Notes: generated from the letters alone by a model not told the origin. Shown: positions 1 to 8,481, counted from the first letter of the stretch. The stretch: DNA of 64,000 bases from an uncultured Actinomycetota bacterium (GCA_963823915.1 CAWGNJ010000002.1:79192-143191); one strand, 5' to 3'. Translations and numbers: made by a program.

Positions 1-232
1 CTGCGGCATAGAGCGGCACCCACAGATCTACGGACGGGCGGGCAATCAGCGACAACCCGTACTGGACTACCAGGACCACCGTCGCCCACCCGATAACCCA
101 GGGAACACCTACCGTCATCGCCGCGACCATGAGGGCCACGCCGGCAATGCCGACGAGACGCACGAGCTGGCTGATGTTTGCCAGTTCGGCCACGGGGTAC
201 GACGACAATCCAACGGCCAACCCGACCGCCAC
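1..232 (-). CDS. membrane protein, N-terminal part only (gene runs off the window)
   Basis: Minus-strand frame stays open to base 1 and reads hydrophobic helices (ALAVVAVGLAVGL, GIAGVALMVAAM, VVLVVQYGLSL). Co-directional with, and directly after, the DUF58 gene. Start codon not fixed (GTG near 232). Confidence 0.35.
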   Translation of the reverse strand, partial: MAVGLAVGLSSYPVAELANISQLVRLVGIAGVALMVAAMTVGVPWVIGWATVVLVVQYGLSLIARPSVDLWVPLYAA

Positions 233-243
233 AACTGCCAGTG

Positions 244-1560
244 CTATACCAGCGCGCGCATCGCGTTTCGTCGAAATGCTTCCACCTCCGCCAATGCTCG
301 TTGGAACGGTTCTTCCGGATCCCACCGCACCGTGGCTATGCCATGTCGCACAAACCGGTTGCGAGTGGCATCGCGCTGCACTTCCCAGATTCGACGGGCC
401 AGATGTTCCTCCTCGGTGGTCGGTTCATCGACAAACGGTTCGGCCGGAATCTCGACTACGACCAGGTCAAAGCCCCGTCCTCGCAGGTCGGCGAAGGCAT
501 TGATCGCCCGCTCATCCAGCAATGGGCTCAAACCGACGATCAAAGCCTTGGCCGGGAGGGCGCGGCGCGGAACTGCGCTAACTCCCGCGCCAGTACATCT
601 GCCTTCTGGATCGGCTTTCCATCAGCGTGTCCAGGATCCGATAACGCTGGACGTCGCCCATGGCGGGTTGCAGCCATCGGAGAGGCTCCCCAAACGAGAT
701 GAGCCCGACCCGATCGTTGCGGCGCAGGTGACCGGCGGCCAACCCGGCGGCTGCTCGGACAGCCAGATCGAGCGTGACGGCGACGCCGCGCCTTGGTTCG
801 GAGAGGGTGTCGACCAGCAGCACCACATCACTGTTGCGCTCGGGATGTCGATCGTTCACCCACACGTCCCGACCCCGGGCGGTGACTCGCCAGTTGATCT
901 GCCGCGGGTCGTCTCCGACGGCCATCGGCCGCAGATCCGCGAACTCCAGACCCTCGCCCTTCTGTCGGGACACCAGATCTCCAAAACCCAATCTGGTCTC
1001 GATCGGTCGCAGCAATCGCCGCAGCGACGCTGTTTCCGGGAACACTTTGAAGCTGAGATCGAGCGGGAGCTTCGAGGTAGTAGTTGAACAAGCCCCAGGC
1101 GTCCCGGCTTCTGATGCGCAGAAACCCAATGCGATGGGCACCCCAGCGTCTGCAGAACAACTGGAGGTTCAACACCTTGGAAGTGGCACCGCCCGGTTTG
1201 AATCCCATGGCTGTGCGCTCGGAGAATCTCAACCGCCGGCCCATCCCCGTGCCCGTCTCGAGAGATCTCGACGCCGGCGTGGCAAGATCAACCTCAAAAT
1301 CAAGACGAGATCCAGGCGGATCGGTTCCCACGGAGATTTCGAGGGGCACATGCTCTCCTTCGATCGCCCGGTCCCTGTCCAGGCGCACGTCGATGGTCAC
1401 GTCCAGATCATGCGAAACGGCCAGGCCGATTCCCAGCAGAACCGCGAATGGTGCGGCGACCGCCGCCAGCTCGGGACGCCCGGCAGCCAGATCCCCCCGC
1501 CAACCCAAGCACTGCCAGAACGGCGAAGGTACGGAGCCGGGGAGTCGTGGCTCGGATCAC
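244..1560 (-). CDS. DUF58 (vWA-like) protein, frame-interrupted
   Basis: Minus ORF pieces 1408-1614, 828-1508, 578-1141 and 244-543 join into one DUF58-type text (LEFADLRPMAVGDDPRQINWRVTARG, NDRVGLISFG). GTG at 1560 overlaps the MoxR stop (GTGA). At least 3 frame breaks. Confidence 0.7.
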
Positions 1561-2499
1561 TCCGGAACCGACGGTGGAGTCGGGACCAGGTCCAACACTC
1601 GGCAACGATGTCATCGCCCTGGATGTCCTGGACCCAGAGCTCGGGGCGCAGGACCAGTCGATGCGCCAAAGCCGGGACGGCTACCGACTTCACATCATCG
1701 GGGGTTACGAAGTCCCGTCCCCGCAGAATCGCCCGCGCTCGAGCCACCTTCATGATCGCCAGAGACCCACGGGGGCTGGCCCCCACCAGCACTCGATTGC
1801 GATGCCGGGTCGCTCCAACCAGATCGACGATGTAGCGCCCGACCGACTCGGACACATGCACGCTTTCGACCGCCTTCTGCATTGCCCGCAGGGTCTCGGC
1901 GTCAACAATGACTTCCAGTTCGATGTCGTCAGTTTTCCGGGCTAGACGCTGCTCCAGAACCTGCCACTCGTCTGCCGGAGTTGGGTAACCCACTCCGATC
2001 CGAACTATGAAGCGGTCGAGTTGAGCTTCGGGAAGCGGATAGGTGCCCTCGTACTCGATCGGATTCTGGGTAGCGACCACCAGGAACGGGCGATCGAGAT
2101 GGTGGGTGATTCCATCGACGGTGACCTGCCTCTCCTGCATCGCCTCCAGGAGCGCCGCCTGCGTTTTGGCGGGCGCCCGGTTGATTTCGTCCGCCAAAAG
2201 CAGGTTGGCTGAAGATCGGGACCGGGACGGAAGAACAAGTCTGAGGTGGCTGGATTCAACACTGGGGAACCGGTGACATCCATCGGCATGAGATCGGGCG
2301 TGAACTGCACTCGGGTGAACTTCAGGTCTGTGACTTGCGCAAACGAGCGGGCCATGAGGGTCTTGGCCAATCCCGGGTAGTCCTCGATCAGTACGTGTCC
2401 ATCGGCCAGCAGCGCCATCAACATCAGCTCCAAAACAGCCCGCTTGCCGACTACTGCCTTCTCGACCTCATCGAGCAACCGGCGGCCCAGAGTTCGCAA
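1557..2499 (-). CDS. MoxR-family AAA+ ATPase, frame-interrupted
   Basis: Pieces 2005-2499 and 1397-2197 join (HVLIEDYPGLAKT, ADEINRAPAKTQAALLEAMQERQVTVDG, VATQNPIEYEGTYPLPEAQLDRF). Breaks near 2205 and 1600. A third frame gives a plausible C-terminus VLDLVPTPPSVPE-stop. Confidence 0.85.
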
Positions 2500-2522
2500 C
2501 TTCTTCGGTAGTCATCGAGCAT

Positions 2523-3025
2523 CTAGATCCCTTCGATGGCCGAAACGGCAGCGTCCAAATCAACGAGGCTGAGCCCGGGAGCCATGCGATCGACCGGTTG
2601 GGCCGGTCCGGATCCAGCAAATCCCAGCCGGTTTCCCCAAGCATCTGCCGGGCGAGATCGGGGCGAACGGCTAGGTCGATCCCATGTCTTGCCTCCAATT
2701 GCTCGGCCGCGATCGTTCGCAAGAAAGGAAGCAGGCGCCATTCGGCATCGAAGGCGGTCGTCTTGCCAAACACCACCAGCCGTTCGATCTTCTCGAGCTG
2801 AGGCGGAACCGTATGGTGGGGCCGCCCGATCGGCTTGATCCTCATGCGAAGAGGAGAATCATCTTCCTCCTCCACCTCCGCCGGTCGCAACCTGCGCACG
2901 GCCATCGCCGCCAGCGTCACCAGGAGCAATTGGTAACCGGTGAACTCAGCCGGACCATCGAACCACAGCAAAACAATGGCGACCAATGAGGCCACGAGGG
3001 CGGTTGTTCCCAGCACCAGCCTCAT
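2523..3025 (-). CDS. hypothetical membrane protein of the MoxR module, probably frame-interrupted near its 3' end
   Basis: ORF 2468-3025 has two N-terminal TM helices. Its tail looks out of frame, and frame 2523-2741 supplies a protein-like end (LSLVDLDAAVSAIEGI). Confidence 0.45.
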
Positions 3026-3891
3026 TTGGCAACCTCGCTCAGTTCATTGCGGATGTCGCTCAGCGCCGTGATGGCTTCGTTGCCCATTTCGCGATGGATG
3101 TCGTGCTCGCTGAAACGGGCCAGCTCGAACAGTGCGGTCAAACGGGTTACCGCCGGGCGGCTGACATTCAGACGCCGCAGCGACCTGGCCAGGTACTCCA
3201 ACGGCGCTTCGGAGACGCGGCGCGGCACACCGGCAATCGTGAGGGCCCGCTCCATCCGGGCATAGGCGCCGATCACCACCTTGCGCGGATCGGTCGACTC
3301 TTCAAGTTCAATCAACATTGCATCGATGACGCCGGTCAATCGCTCGGGGGCATCGTTTTCCATGACTTCCTCCGGTTCGGCGACGGGCCGGGTAGCAGCC
3401 GCCACGCCCAGAATGACCAGAAGCACGGCCCCACCGAGGATGATCAGACCCCAGCGCGATCCTGATTGCTGGACACCGGTTGAATCGACCTCGGGCGCCG
3501 TGTTGCCGGTGTTTTGCATCTCTGTTTCCTCCTCCGATTGGCCGACGAAGGATTGGAGGATCATCAGGATCGCAAACAACAGAACAATCCCGGCCAGAAG
3601 CTTGAAAGGTGAGGATTTCTTCCGCTCGGGAAGCTTGATAGGGGGCCCGCCGGGCAGCAGGAGCAGGATCAATACCAAAACAACCAGTCCGGCGAGGATG
3701 CCCATCGCCACGCGAAAGAGGACCAGCAAGTCGATGTCGATCAGGAAAGGAGGGGGGCGGGTCTCGCGGCCCGGCAGACCGCGGGCGCCCAGCGCGGCCA
3801 GGGCGACCAGTACCAAGACGGCGACGGCGAGCACTGTGGCAGCCCACTTCGGGGTAGGGACCAATCGGCGTCGCGCCTCAGGCTCTTCCAT
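3022..3891 (-). CDS. DUF4129 domain membrane protein
   Basis: Intact 289-aa ORF with several TM helices. C-terminal text is typical of DUF4129 (IGAYARMERALTIAGVPRRVSEAPLEYL..LFELARFSEH). 4-nt overlap with the next gene. Confidence 0.7.
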   Translation of the reverse strand: MEEPEARRRLVPTPKWAATVLAVAVLVLVALAALGARGLPGRETRPPPFLIDIDLLVLFRVAMGILAGLVVLVLILLLLPGGPPIKLPERKKSSPFKLLAGIVLLFAILMILQSFVGQSEEETEMQNTGNTAPEVDSTGVQQSGSRWGLIILGGAVLLVILGVAAATRPVAEPEEVMENDAPERLTGVIDAMLIELEESTDPRKVVIGAYARMERALTIAGVPRRVSEAPLEYLARSLRRLNVSRPAVTRLTALFELARFSEHDIHREMGNEAITALSDIRNELSEVAK

Positions 3892-3950
3892 TGCCCGAGC
3901 CTACCGGGAGAGGCGATATCGCGCCCACTGAGGCGCCCGGCGAAACGCTG

Positions 3951-4379
3951 CTACCAGGAGCGAGCCTTGGTGGGAGTGATCCTGATGGGAATCGGGTAGT
4001 CGACGGCGAAACTCTCCGGCGTCCAGCCATGTCCGGCGATCTTGGCACGGTACTTCGCCGCGTACGCCGCCACCTCCGTAGAAGGAGGCGCCTCAGGGTC
4101 CAGGCGCGCCCGGCCCTCGATCGAAACCACCGACCCGCCCTGGCCATCGCCATCGAGGTTGAGCGACACCCGCGGATTGGCCTCGATGTTCCGGGTGCGC
4201 GGGGTGCCGGCCAGGCTGTACATGAGGATTTCCTCACCGTCCCACAGGAACCACACAGCCGATGTCTGTGGTTGACCGGCCGGTGACACCGTTGTCAACC
4301 AGATGATCAGTTCGTCGTGCAATCGTTGTTCTGCCCGGGGGTTGAGTCCATCCATGAGCCGACGATACCTCGTTTCCAT
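3951..4379 (-). CDS. PPOX-class (pyridoxamine 5'-phosphate oxidase fold) F420-dependent enzyme family protein
   Basis: Intact 142-aa ORF. LIIWLTTVSPAGQPQTSAVWFLWDGEEILMYS..RNIEANPRVSLNLD resembles the Rv3369-type PPOX family. Confidence 0.7.
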   Translation of the reverse strand: METRYRRLMDGLNPRAEQRLHDELIIWLTTVSPAGQPQTSAVWFLWDGEEILMYSLAGTPRTRNIEANPRVSLNLDGDGQGGSVVSIEGRARLDPEAPPSTEVAAYAAKYRAKIAGHGWTPESFAVDYPIPIRITPTKARSW

Positions 4380-4428
4380 TGGTTGGTTCGGTCAGACCTC
4401 TTGACCTCATCCGTCATCCTTGGTATCG

Positions 4429-4444
4429 TTCGATGGATATCGAA
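4429..4444. promoter_or_regulatory. inverted repeat TTCGAT-ggat-ATCGAA in the PPOX/ArsR divergent region (candidate ArsR operator)
   Basis: Read directly, 47 nt before ATG 4491. Confidence 0.35.
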
Positions 4445-4490
4445 TGGCATCATAACTGTCGTTCCTATTCATCTTAGTTGGAAGGTTCCC

Positions 4491-5486
4491 ATGACTCTGC
4501 TTCTCGATCACCTCAGCGATCCGGCCCCGGTAGCTATTCGAGTGCTCGCGTCACCCGTCTTTGAAGCTTTGGTTGCCCACTGGGCAGTTGTGGCCGAAGT
4601 CGATGACCTCGACTCCTTCCTGGAAAAGGACCGCATAGAGCGAATAGTCACTCGCTCCGCCCTATCCCAGGAGGAAACCACCTGGATGGCCCAGCAGCAT
4701 GGCACTGCGTGGACCTTCCTTATCCCCCACGTCGACAACTCCGGCGCCTCAACGATGGGCGAGTTCGTTGACTACCTCGAAGGTATCGACCCCGGACTCC
4801 TGGGACGAGAGTACGAGGCTCAGTCCGAGTGTGCCGGCCAGTGCGAACACGGCGAACGGCTCGGTATCGAGGACCCGATCGAGTTTCGCGATCGGGTCCT
4901 CGAGGTGCTCCGCAAGATCGACCGCGGGGCAGGAACCACGCTCGACAAATACACAGCCACCCTCGGTCACGAGGTACAGCTGACCAAGTTCCTGAAACGG
5001 CGCATGCCTCTGGACCGCCTGATCGAAACAGTCACCAACGGCATCGCTTACACGACCGAAGCAGGAGTCGAAGAGGTGGTATTGGTCCCGAGCGTCACGA
5101 TTCGACCGTGGAACCTCATGTTCCGGTTCGGGGGCTCTCGATATTTCGTGTATCCGGCCTCGGACGAAGCCGTTCAGGCGGACGCGGATACGCCACCGTC
5201 CTGGATGATTCAACTCTTCAAAGCGATCGGCGACGACAAGCGTCTGCGAGTGTTGCGGCGCCTGGGAGAAGGCCCCCAGAGCTTGGTGGAACTCACCGAC
5301 TTTCTCGGTCTCGCCAAATCGACCACTCACCACCACCTTCGCTCCTTGCGGGCGGCCGGGCTGGTTCGCCAGGACGTGCGGGGAGAGAAGGAAGAAAGCC
5401 GATACGAACTCCGTCAGGACATGCTCCCCGAGGCCATGCGACTCGTGGGCCAATACCTGGCTCCGAACAGCAAGGATGAAACATGA
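4491..5486 (+). CDS. ArsR/SmtB-family transcriptional regulator with a long N-terminal domain
   Basis: C-terminal wHTH (DDKRLRVLRRLGEGPQSLVELTDFLGLAKSTTHHHLRSLRAAGLV). Start set at ATG 4491 (GGAAGG 6 nt upstream), inside the longer ORF 4317-5486. Confidence 0.75.
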   Translation: MTLLLDHLSDPAPVAIRVLASPVFEALVAHWAVVAEVDDLDSFLEKDRIERIVTRSALSQEETTWMAQQHGTAWTFLIPHVDNSGASTMGEFVDYLEGIDPGLLGREYEAQSECAGQCEHGERLGIEDPIEFRDRVLEVLRKIDRGAGTTLDKYTATLGHEVQLTKFLKRRMPLDRLIETVTNGIAYTTEAGVEEVVLVPSVTIRPWNLMFRFGGSRYFVYPASDEAVQADADTPPSWMIQLFKAIGDDKRLRVLRRLGEGPQSLVELTDFLGLAKSTTHHHLRSLRAAGLVRQDVRGEKEESRYELRQDMLPEAMRLVGQYLAPNSKDET

Positions 5487-5701
5487 ACCACTCCCTGAAC
5501 ACCCATTTTGCCCAAGCCCGCCAGCGCGAAATCGCGCGCTTGGTCTCCGGTCGCCGGATTGCCGACCAATGGCAGCCTGCTCCCCCGGGCCGCCTGGTCG
5601 ATCGCATGGGCAAGAGCCTGGTCCACTTAGGTGCCCGGCTCATCAGCGACCGCCACGCCGCCCAGCGCATCGAGAACGAGCTTCATTCAAAGGCCGCGTA
5701 G
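5483..5701 (+). CDS. small hypothetical protein
   Basis: 72-aa ORF whose ATG overlaps the ArsR stop (ATGA). Basic helical text. No family recognised. Confidence 0.35.
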   Translation: MNHSLNTHFAQARQREIARLVSGRRIADQWQPAPPGRLVDRMGKSLVHLGARLISDRHAAQRIENELHSKAA

Positions 5702-5746
5702 GAACCTCCAAGCAGGAAGCATCAAGATGAACCTGTCCCGAGGAAG

Positions 5747-5781
5747 CTGACTGACGGCTGATGACTGACGACTGACGACTC
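5747..5781. repeat. 7-bp tandem-repeat block, 5 units (ctgactg acggctg atgactg acgactg acgactc)
   Basis: Read directly. Intergenic, after ORF 5483-5701. Confidence 0.9.
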
Positions 5782-5784
5782 TGT

Positions 5785-5801
5785 TTCTCACCTGATTCTG
5801 C
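5785..5801 (+). promoter_or_regulatory. TTCTCA-N5-TTCTGC direct repeat (weak copy of the GATTCTCAT box)
   Basis: 11-bp phasing. Proximal end lies 73 nt before ATG 5875. Confidence 0.35.
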
Positions 5802-5874
5802 GATGCCCTTCATGGGCGGCTTAGGTCGCTGAACGACAGTTGCTCCAGTAACGGAAATCGAAAGGAGCACTCAC

Positions 5875-6498
5875 ATGCGCAAAGCCATCGCAGCCATTGC
5901 GACTGCGGCGATCGTTCTCGGCGGATTCTCCGTCGCCCTGGTCGTCCAGTCGCCGGACGTGGCCTCCGCTCAGGAGGTCGAGACGGAGGACACCCGCACA
6001 ACCGTTCCAGAAAGCGTCGAAGACATCCTGGCCGATCTGGTCGAGGACGGCGTGATCACCGAGGGGCAATCCACCCAGATCTCCGAAGCCCTGCGGCAAC
6101 GAGTCGGGCCTCTTCGGGAACACCGCGGCGGGTTCGCTCGTGGAGCCCAACTGGAGACGATCGCAGGGGTGATCGACATCGAGGTTGAAGACCTCGCCGC
6201 AGCTCTTCGAGACGGACAGACGATTGCCGAGGTAGCCGAGGCCAACGGATCTTCGGCCCAGGCCGTGATCGACACCCTCGTCGCAGAGATGAACACCAAT
6301 CTCGATCAAGCGATTGAGGACGGAAAGCTGACCACCGAGAAAGCTGACGAGATCAGGACCGACGCACCTGAGCGGATCCGGTCGATGGTCAACGGAGAGT
6401 TCGAAGGCCGCAAGGGTTTCGACGGACATCGGCGCATGGGCCCCGGACCGGGACTCAGTTTCGATGACGCACCTAACGCCGCGGAGACCAGCGCCTAG
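5875..6498 (+). CDS. secreted helical-repeat protein with (I/L)(T/S)xxQ motifs (paralog 1)
   Basis: Signal peptide ending ASA-QE, AGGAG 7 nt before the ATG, and motifs VITEGQSTQI and KLTTEKADEI. Clear paralog of 7235-8287 (shared AQAVIDTLVAE / TQAVIDALVAE, ..MVNGE). Confidence 0.7.
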   Translation: MRKAIAAIATAAIVLGGFSVALVVQSPDVASAQEVETEDTRTTVPESVEDILADLVEDGVITEGQSTQISEALRQRVGPLREHRGGFARGAQLETIAGVIDIEVEDLAAALRDGQTIAEVAEANGSSAQAVIDTLVAEMNTNLDQAIEDGKLTTEKADEIRTDAPERIRSMVNGEFEGRKGFDGHRRMGPGPGLSFDDAPNAAETSA

Positions 6499-6517
6499 CC
6501 CAAGCGGAGACCATCTT

Positions 6518-6551
6518 CCCTTCCCCCTCCCGCCGGCGGGAGGGGGAAGGG
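6518..6551 (+). terminator. 17-bp perfect palindrome after CDS 5875-6498 (also a G/C-tract hairpin family member)
   Basis: cccttccccctcccgcc|ggcgggagggggaaggg. No U-tract. Confidence 0.6.
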
Positions 6552-6634
6552 GGAGGGTGGGAAGATAGTTGTCAGTAGTGAATCATCGCTTGTCAGTTCC
6601 GCCTTCCCGGCGTTGCCGCCTTCGGCAGCTCCGC

Positions 6635-6664
6635 GTCTCTCCCGCCAGCGAGAGAGACCTTTTT
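6635..6664 (+). terminator. intrinsic terminator-like hairpin plus T5, 17 nt before the DUF1801 start codon
   Basis: gtctctc-N10-gagagac followed by cttttt. Confidence 0.55.
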
Positions 6665-6680
6665 GTTAGTCTCTCGAGTC

Positions 6681-7136
6681 ATGCAATCTGAAGCCACCAC
6701 CGTCGACCAGTACCTCGCCGAACTCCCGGACGACCGGCGAGCCGCCATCGAAGAAGTGCGAGAGGTCATCCTCGCCAATTTGCCCGAGGGTTACCAGGAG
6801 TCCATGAACTGGGGCATGATCTCCTACGAGATCCCGCTCGAGACCTACCCGGATACCTACAACAAGAAGCCGTTGGGATATGCCGCCTTGGCGTCCCAGA
6901 AGAACCATATGGCGGTCTACCTCTCGACGATATATTCGTCCGAAGAGTCCGCGACTGCGTTTGAGCAGGAGTATCGGGCGACCGGCAAGCGGTATGACGT
7001 CGGCAAGTCCTGCGTGCGGTTTCGCAAGATGGATGACCTGCCTCTAGACCTCATCGGTCGGACGATTGCGGCGACGCCACCCAAGGCCTTTGTCGCCATG
7101 TATGAAGAGGCTCGGGCTTCCCGACGGCGCGACTAG
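6681..7136 (+). CDS. DUF1801 (YdhG-like) domain protein
   Basis: TVDQYLAELPDDRRAAIEEVREVILANLPEGYQESMNWGMISYE is typical of DUF1801. ATG 6681 preferred over TTG 6663. Confidence 0.7.
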   Translation: MQSEATTVDQYLAELPDDRRAAIEEVREVILANLPEGYQESMNWGMISYEIPLETYPDTYNKKPLGYAALASQKNHMAVYLSTIYSSEESATAFEQEYRATGKRYDVGKSCVRFRKMDDLPLDLIGRTIAATPPKAFVAMYEEARASRRRD

Positions 7137-7152
7137 CAATCAACCGGGCCCA

Positions 7153-7172
7153 GATTCTCATGTTGTTTTCAT
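7153..7172 (+). promoter_or_regulatory. GATTCTCAT-gttg-TTTTCAT box upstream of secreted paralog 2
   Basis: 17 of 20 bases identical to 14162-14181. Proximal end lies 62 nt before ATG 7235. Confidence 0.55.
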
Positions 7173-7234
7173 CCTCTTCTTAGGTGGCCGCCATATCGTA
7201 TTTGTGAAGGTCAGATTCTCTGGAGGTAAGACCC

Positions 7235-8287
7235 ATGCGCAAAGCGATGACCGCCCTGGCAGTTGTTGCCCTGGTGGCCGGAGTGGCCCTGGTAGCCGTC
7301 TCCTTGAGCCAGTCACCGTCCGCGCTTGCTCAGGAAACTGAACGAGAAGTCTTCTTCGAGCCGCTCGACGACGTACTCAACGATCTGGTCGACGACCAGG
7401 TGATAACCGAAGACCAGCGCGAGAAGATCGCTACTGCCTTTGAGGAACGGATCGTCCGATTCGGTAAGGAACATCGCGAAACGCCCCACCTGGAAACCGT
7501 TGCCGACACGCTCGACATGGCTGTTGACGAACTCGTTCAGCAGATGCGAGACGGGGCAACCATTGCCGACATCGCCGGAGACCAGACCCAGGCAGTGATC
7601 GACGCCCTGGTGGCGGAGCAGACCACCCGCCTCGAAGAAGCGGTCTCCCAAGAGCGCATTAGCGAGGAGCAGGCCGACGAGATCCGGTCCGCCATGGTCA
7701 AAAAGGTCGAAGCGATGGTCAACGGTGAGCAGTGGATGACGACCCATCCCTTCGACATCGACCGATTCCACGGTCCACGGGGCCATGGCTTCTTTGGTGG
7801 ACCACGCGGTTTCGATTTCTTCGACAAGATGCCCAAGTTCGGCCGGTTTGGGTTCGGAGGCGGCTTCGGTCTCGATCCGATCGCTGAGGCGCTCGGGTTG
7901 GAAACTGATGAACTCATCGACCGCCTTTCCGACGGATCATCACTGGCCGACATCGCTGAGGAACTGGGTGTCGAAATCGAGGAGATCGTCAATGCAGCGC
8001 TGGCCGACCTCGACGAGAAGCTGCAAGACCTGATCGCCGACGAACGGTTGACCCAAGAACATGCCGACGGAATCCGCGCCGGTCTGGCGGAAGCCATCGA
8101 ATCGATGATCAACGGCGAGATGCCGGGTTTCGACGGATTTCACTTCGAGTTCAAATTCGACGGTGAAGCCCCCCACTTCGGGGATTTCCCGTTCCACAAG
8201 TTCTTTGGGGACCCCGATGGGGATTTCCCGTTCCACAAGTTCTTTGGGGACCCCGATGATGTCGACGGGACCGGCACCGCGGCCTAA
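7235..8287 (+). CDS. secreted helical-repeat protein with (I/L)(T/S)xxQ motifs (paralog 2, duplicated module, F/G-rich linker)
   Basis: Signal peptide ending ALA-QE, GGAGG before the ATG. Two copies of the module (VITEDQREKI, RISEEQADEI, RLTQEHADGI). Linker FHGPRGHGFFGGPRGFDFF..FGRFGFGGGFG. C-terminal GDFPFHKFFGDPD x2. Confidence 0.75.
   Translation: MRKAMTALAVVALVAGVALVAVSLSQSPSALAQETEREVFFEPLDDVLNDLVDDQVITEDQREKIATAFEERIVRFGKEHRETPHLETVADTLDMAVDELVQQMRDGATIADIAGDQTQAVIDALVAEQTTRLEEAVSQERISEEQADEIRSAMVKKVEAMVNGEQWMTTHPFDIDRFHGPRGHGFFGGPRGFDFFDKMPKFGRFGFGGGFGLDPIAEALGLETDELIDRLSDGSSLADIAEELGVEIEEIVNAALADLDEKLQDLIADERLTQEHADGIRAGLAEAIESMINGEMPGFDGFHFEFKFDGEAPHFGDFPFHKFFGDPDGDFPFHKFFGDPDDVDGTGTAA
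8180..8257 (+). repeat. perfect 39-bp tandem duplication inside CDS 7235-8287
   Basis: ggggatttcccgttccacaagttctttggggaccccgat x2, encoding GDFPFHKFFGDPD x2. Confidence 0.95.
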
Positions 8288-8295
8288 GCGGTTGT

Positions 8296-8456
8296 GAGTT
8301 CGAAGTTCGAAGCAGGTAGTTGCTTCTTTGCGGCTCGCGACTTCTCACCTGAGACCTGAAACTTGAAACCTGGAACCTGCAGGCTTGATGCTTGATCCCT
8401 CTGTTCTCGTAGCTCGCAGCTCGTAGCTCGTGACCTGCAACCCGAAACCCGTCGAG
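8296..8456. repeat. mosaic of 7-bp repeat blocks, 23 heptads
   Basis: gagttcg aagttcg / tcacctg agacctg aaacttg aaacctg gaacctg / caggctt gatgctt / cgtagct cgcagct cgtagct cgtgacc / tgcaacc cgaaacc. Confidence 0.9.
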
Positions 8457-8481
8457 CCCTTTCTTCTGCTACCAATAGACC

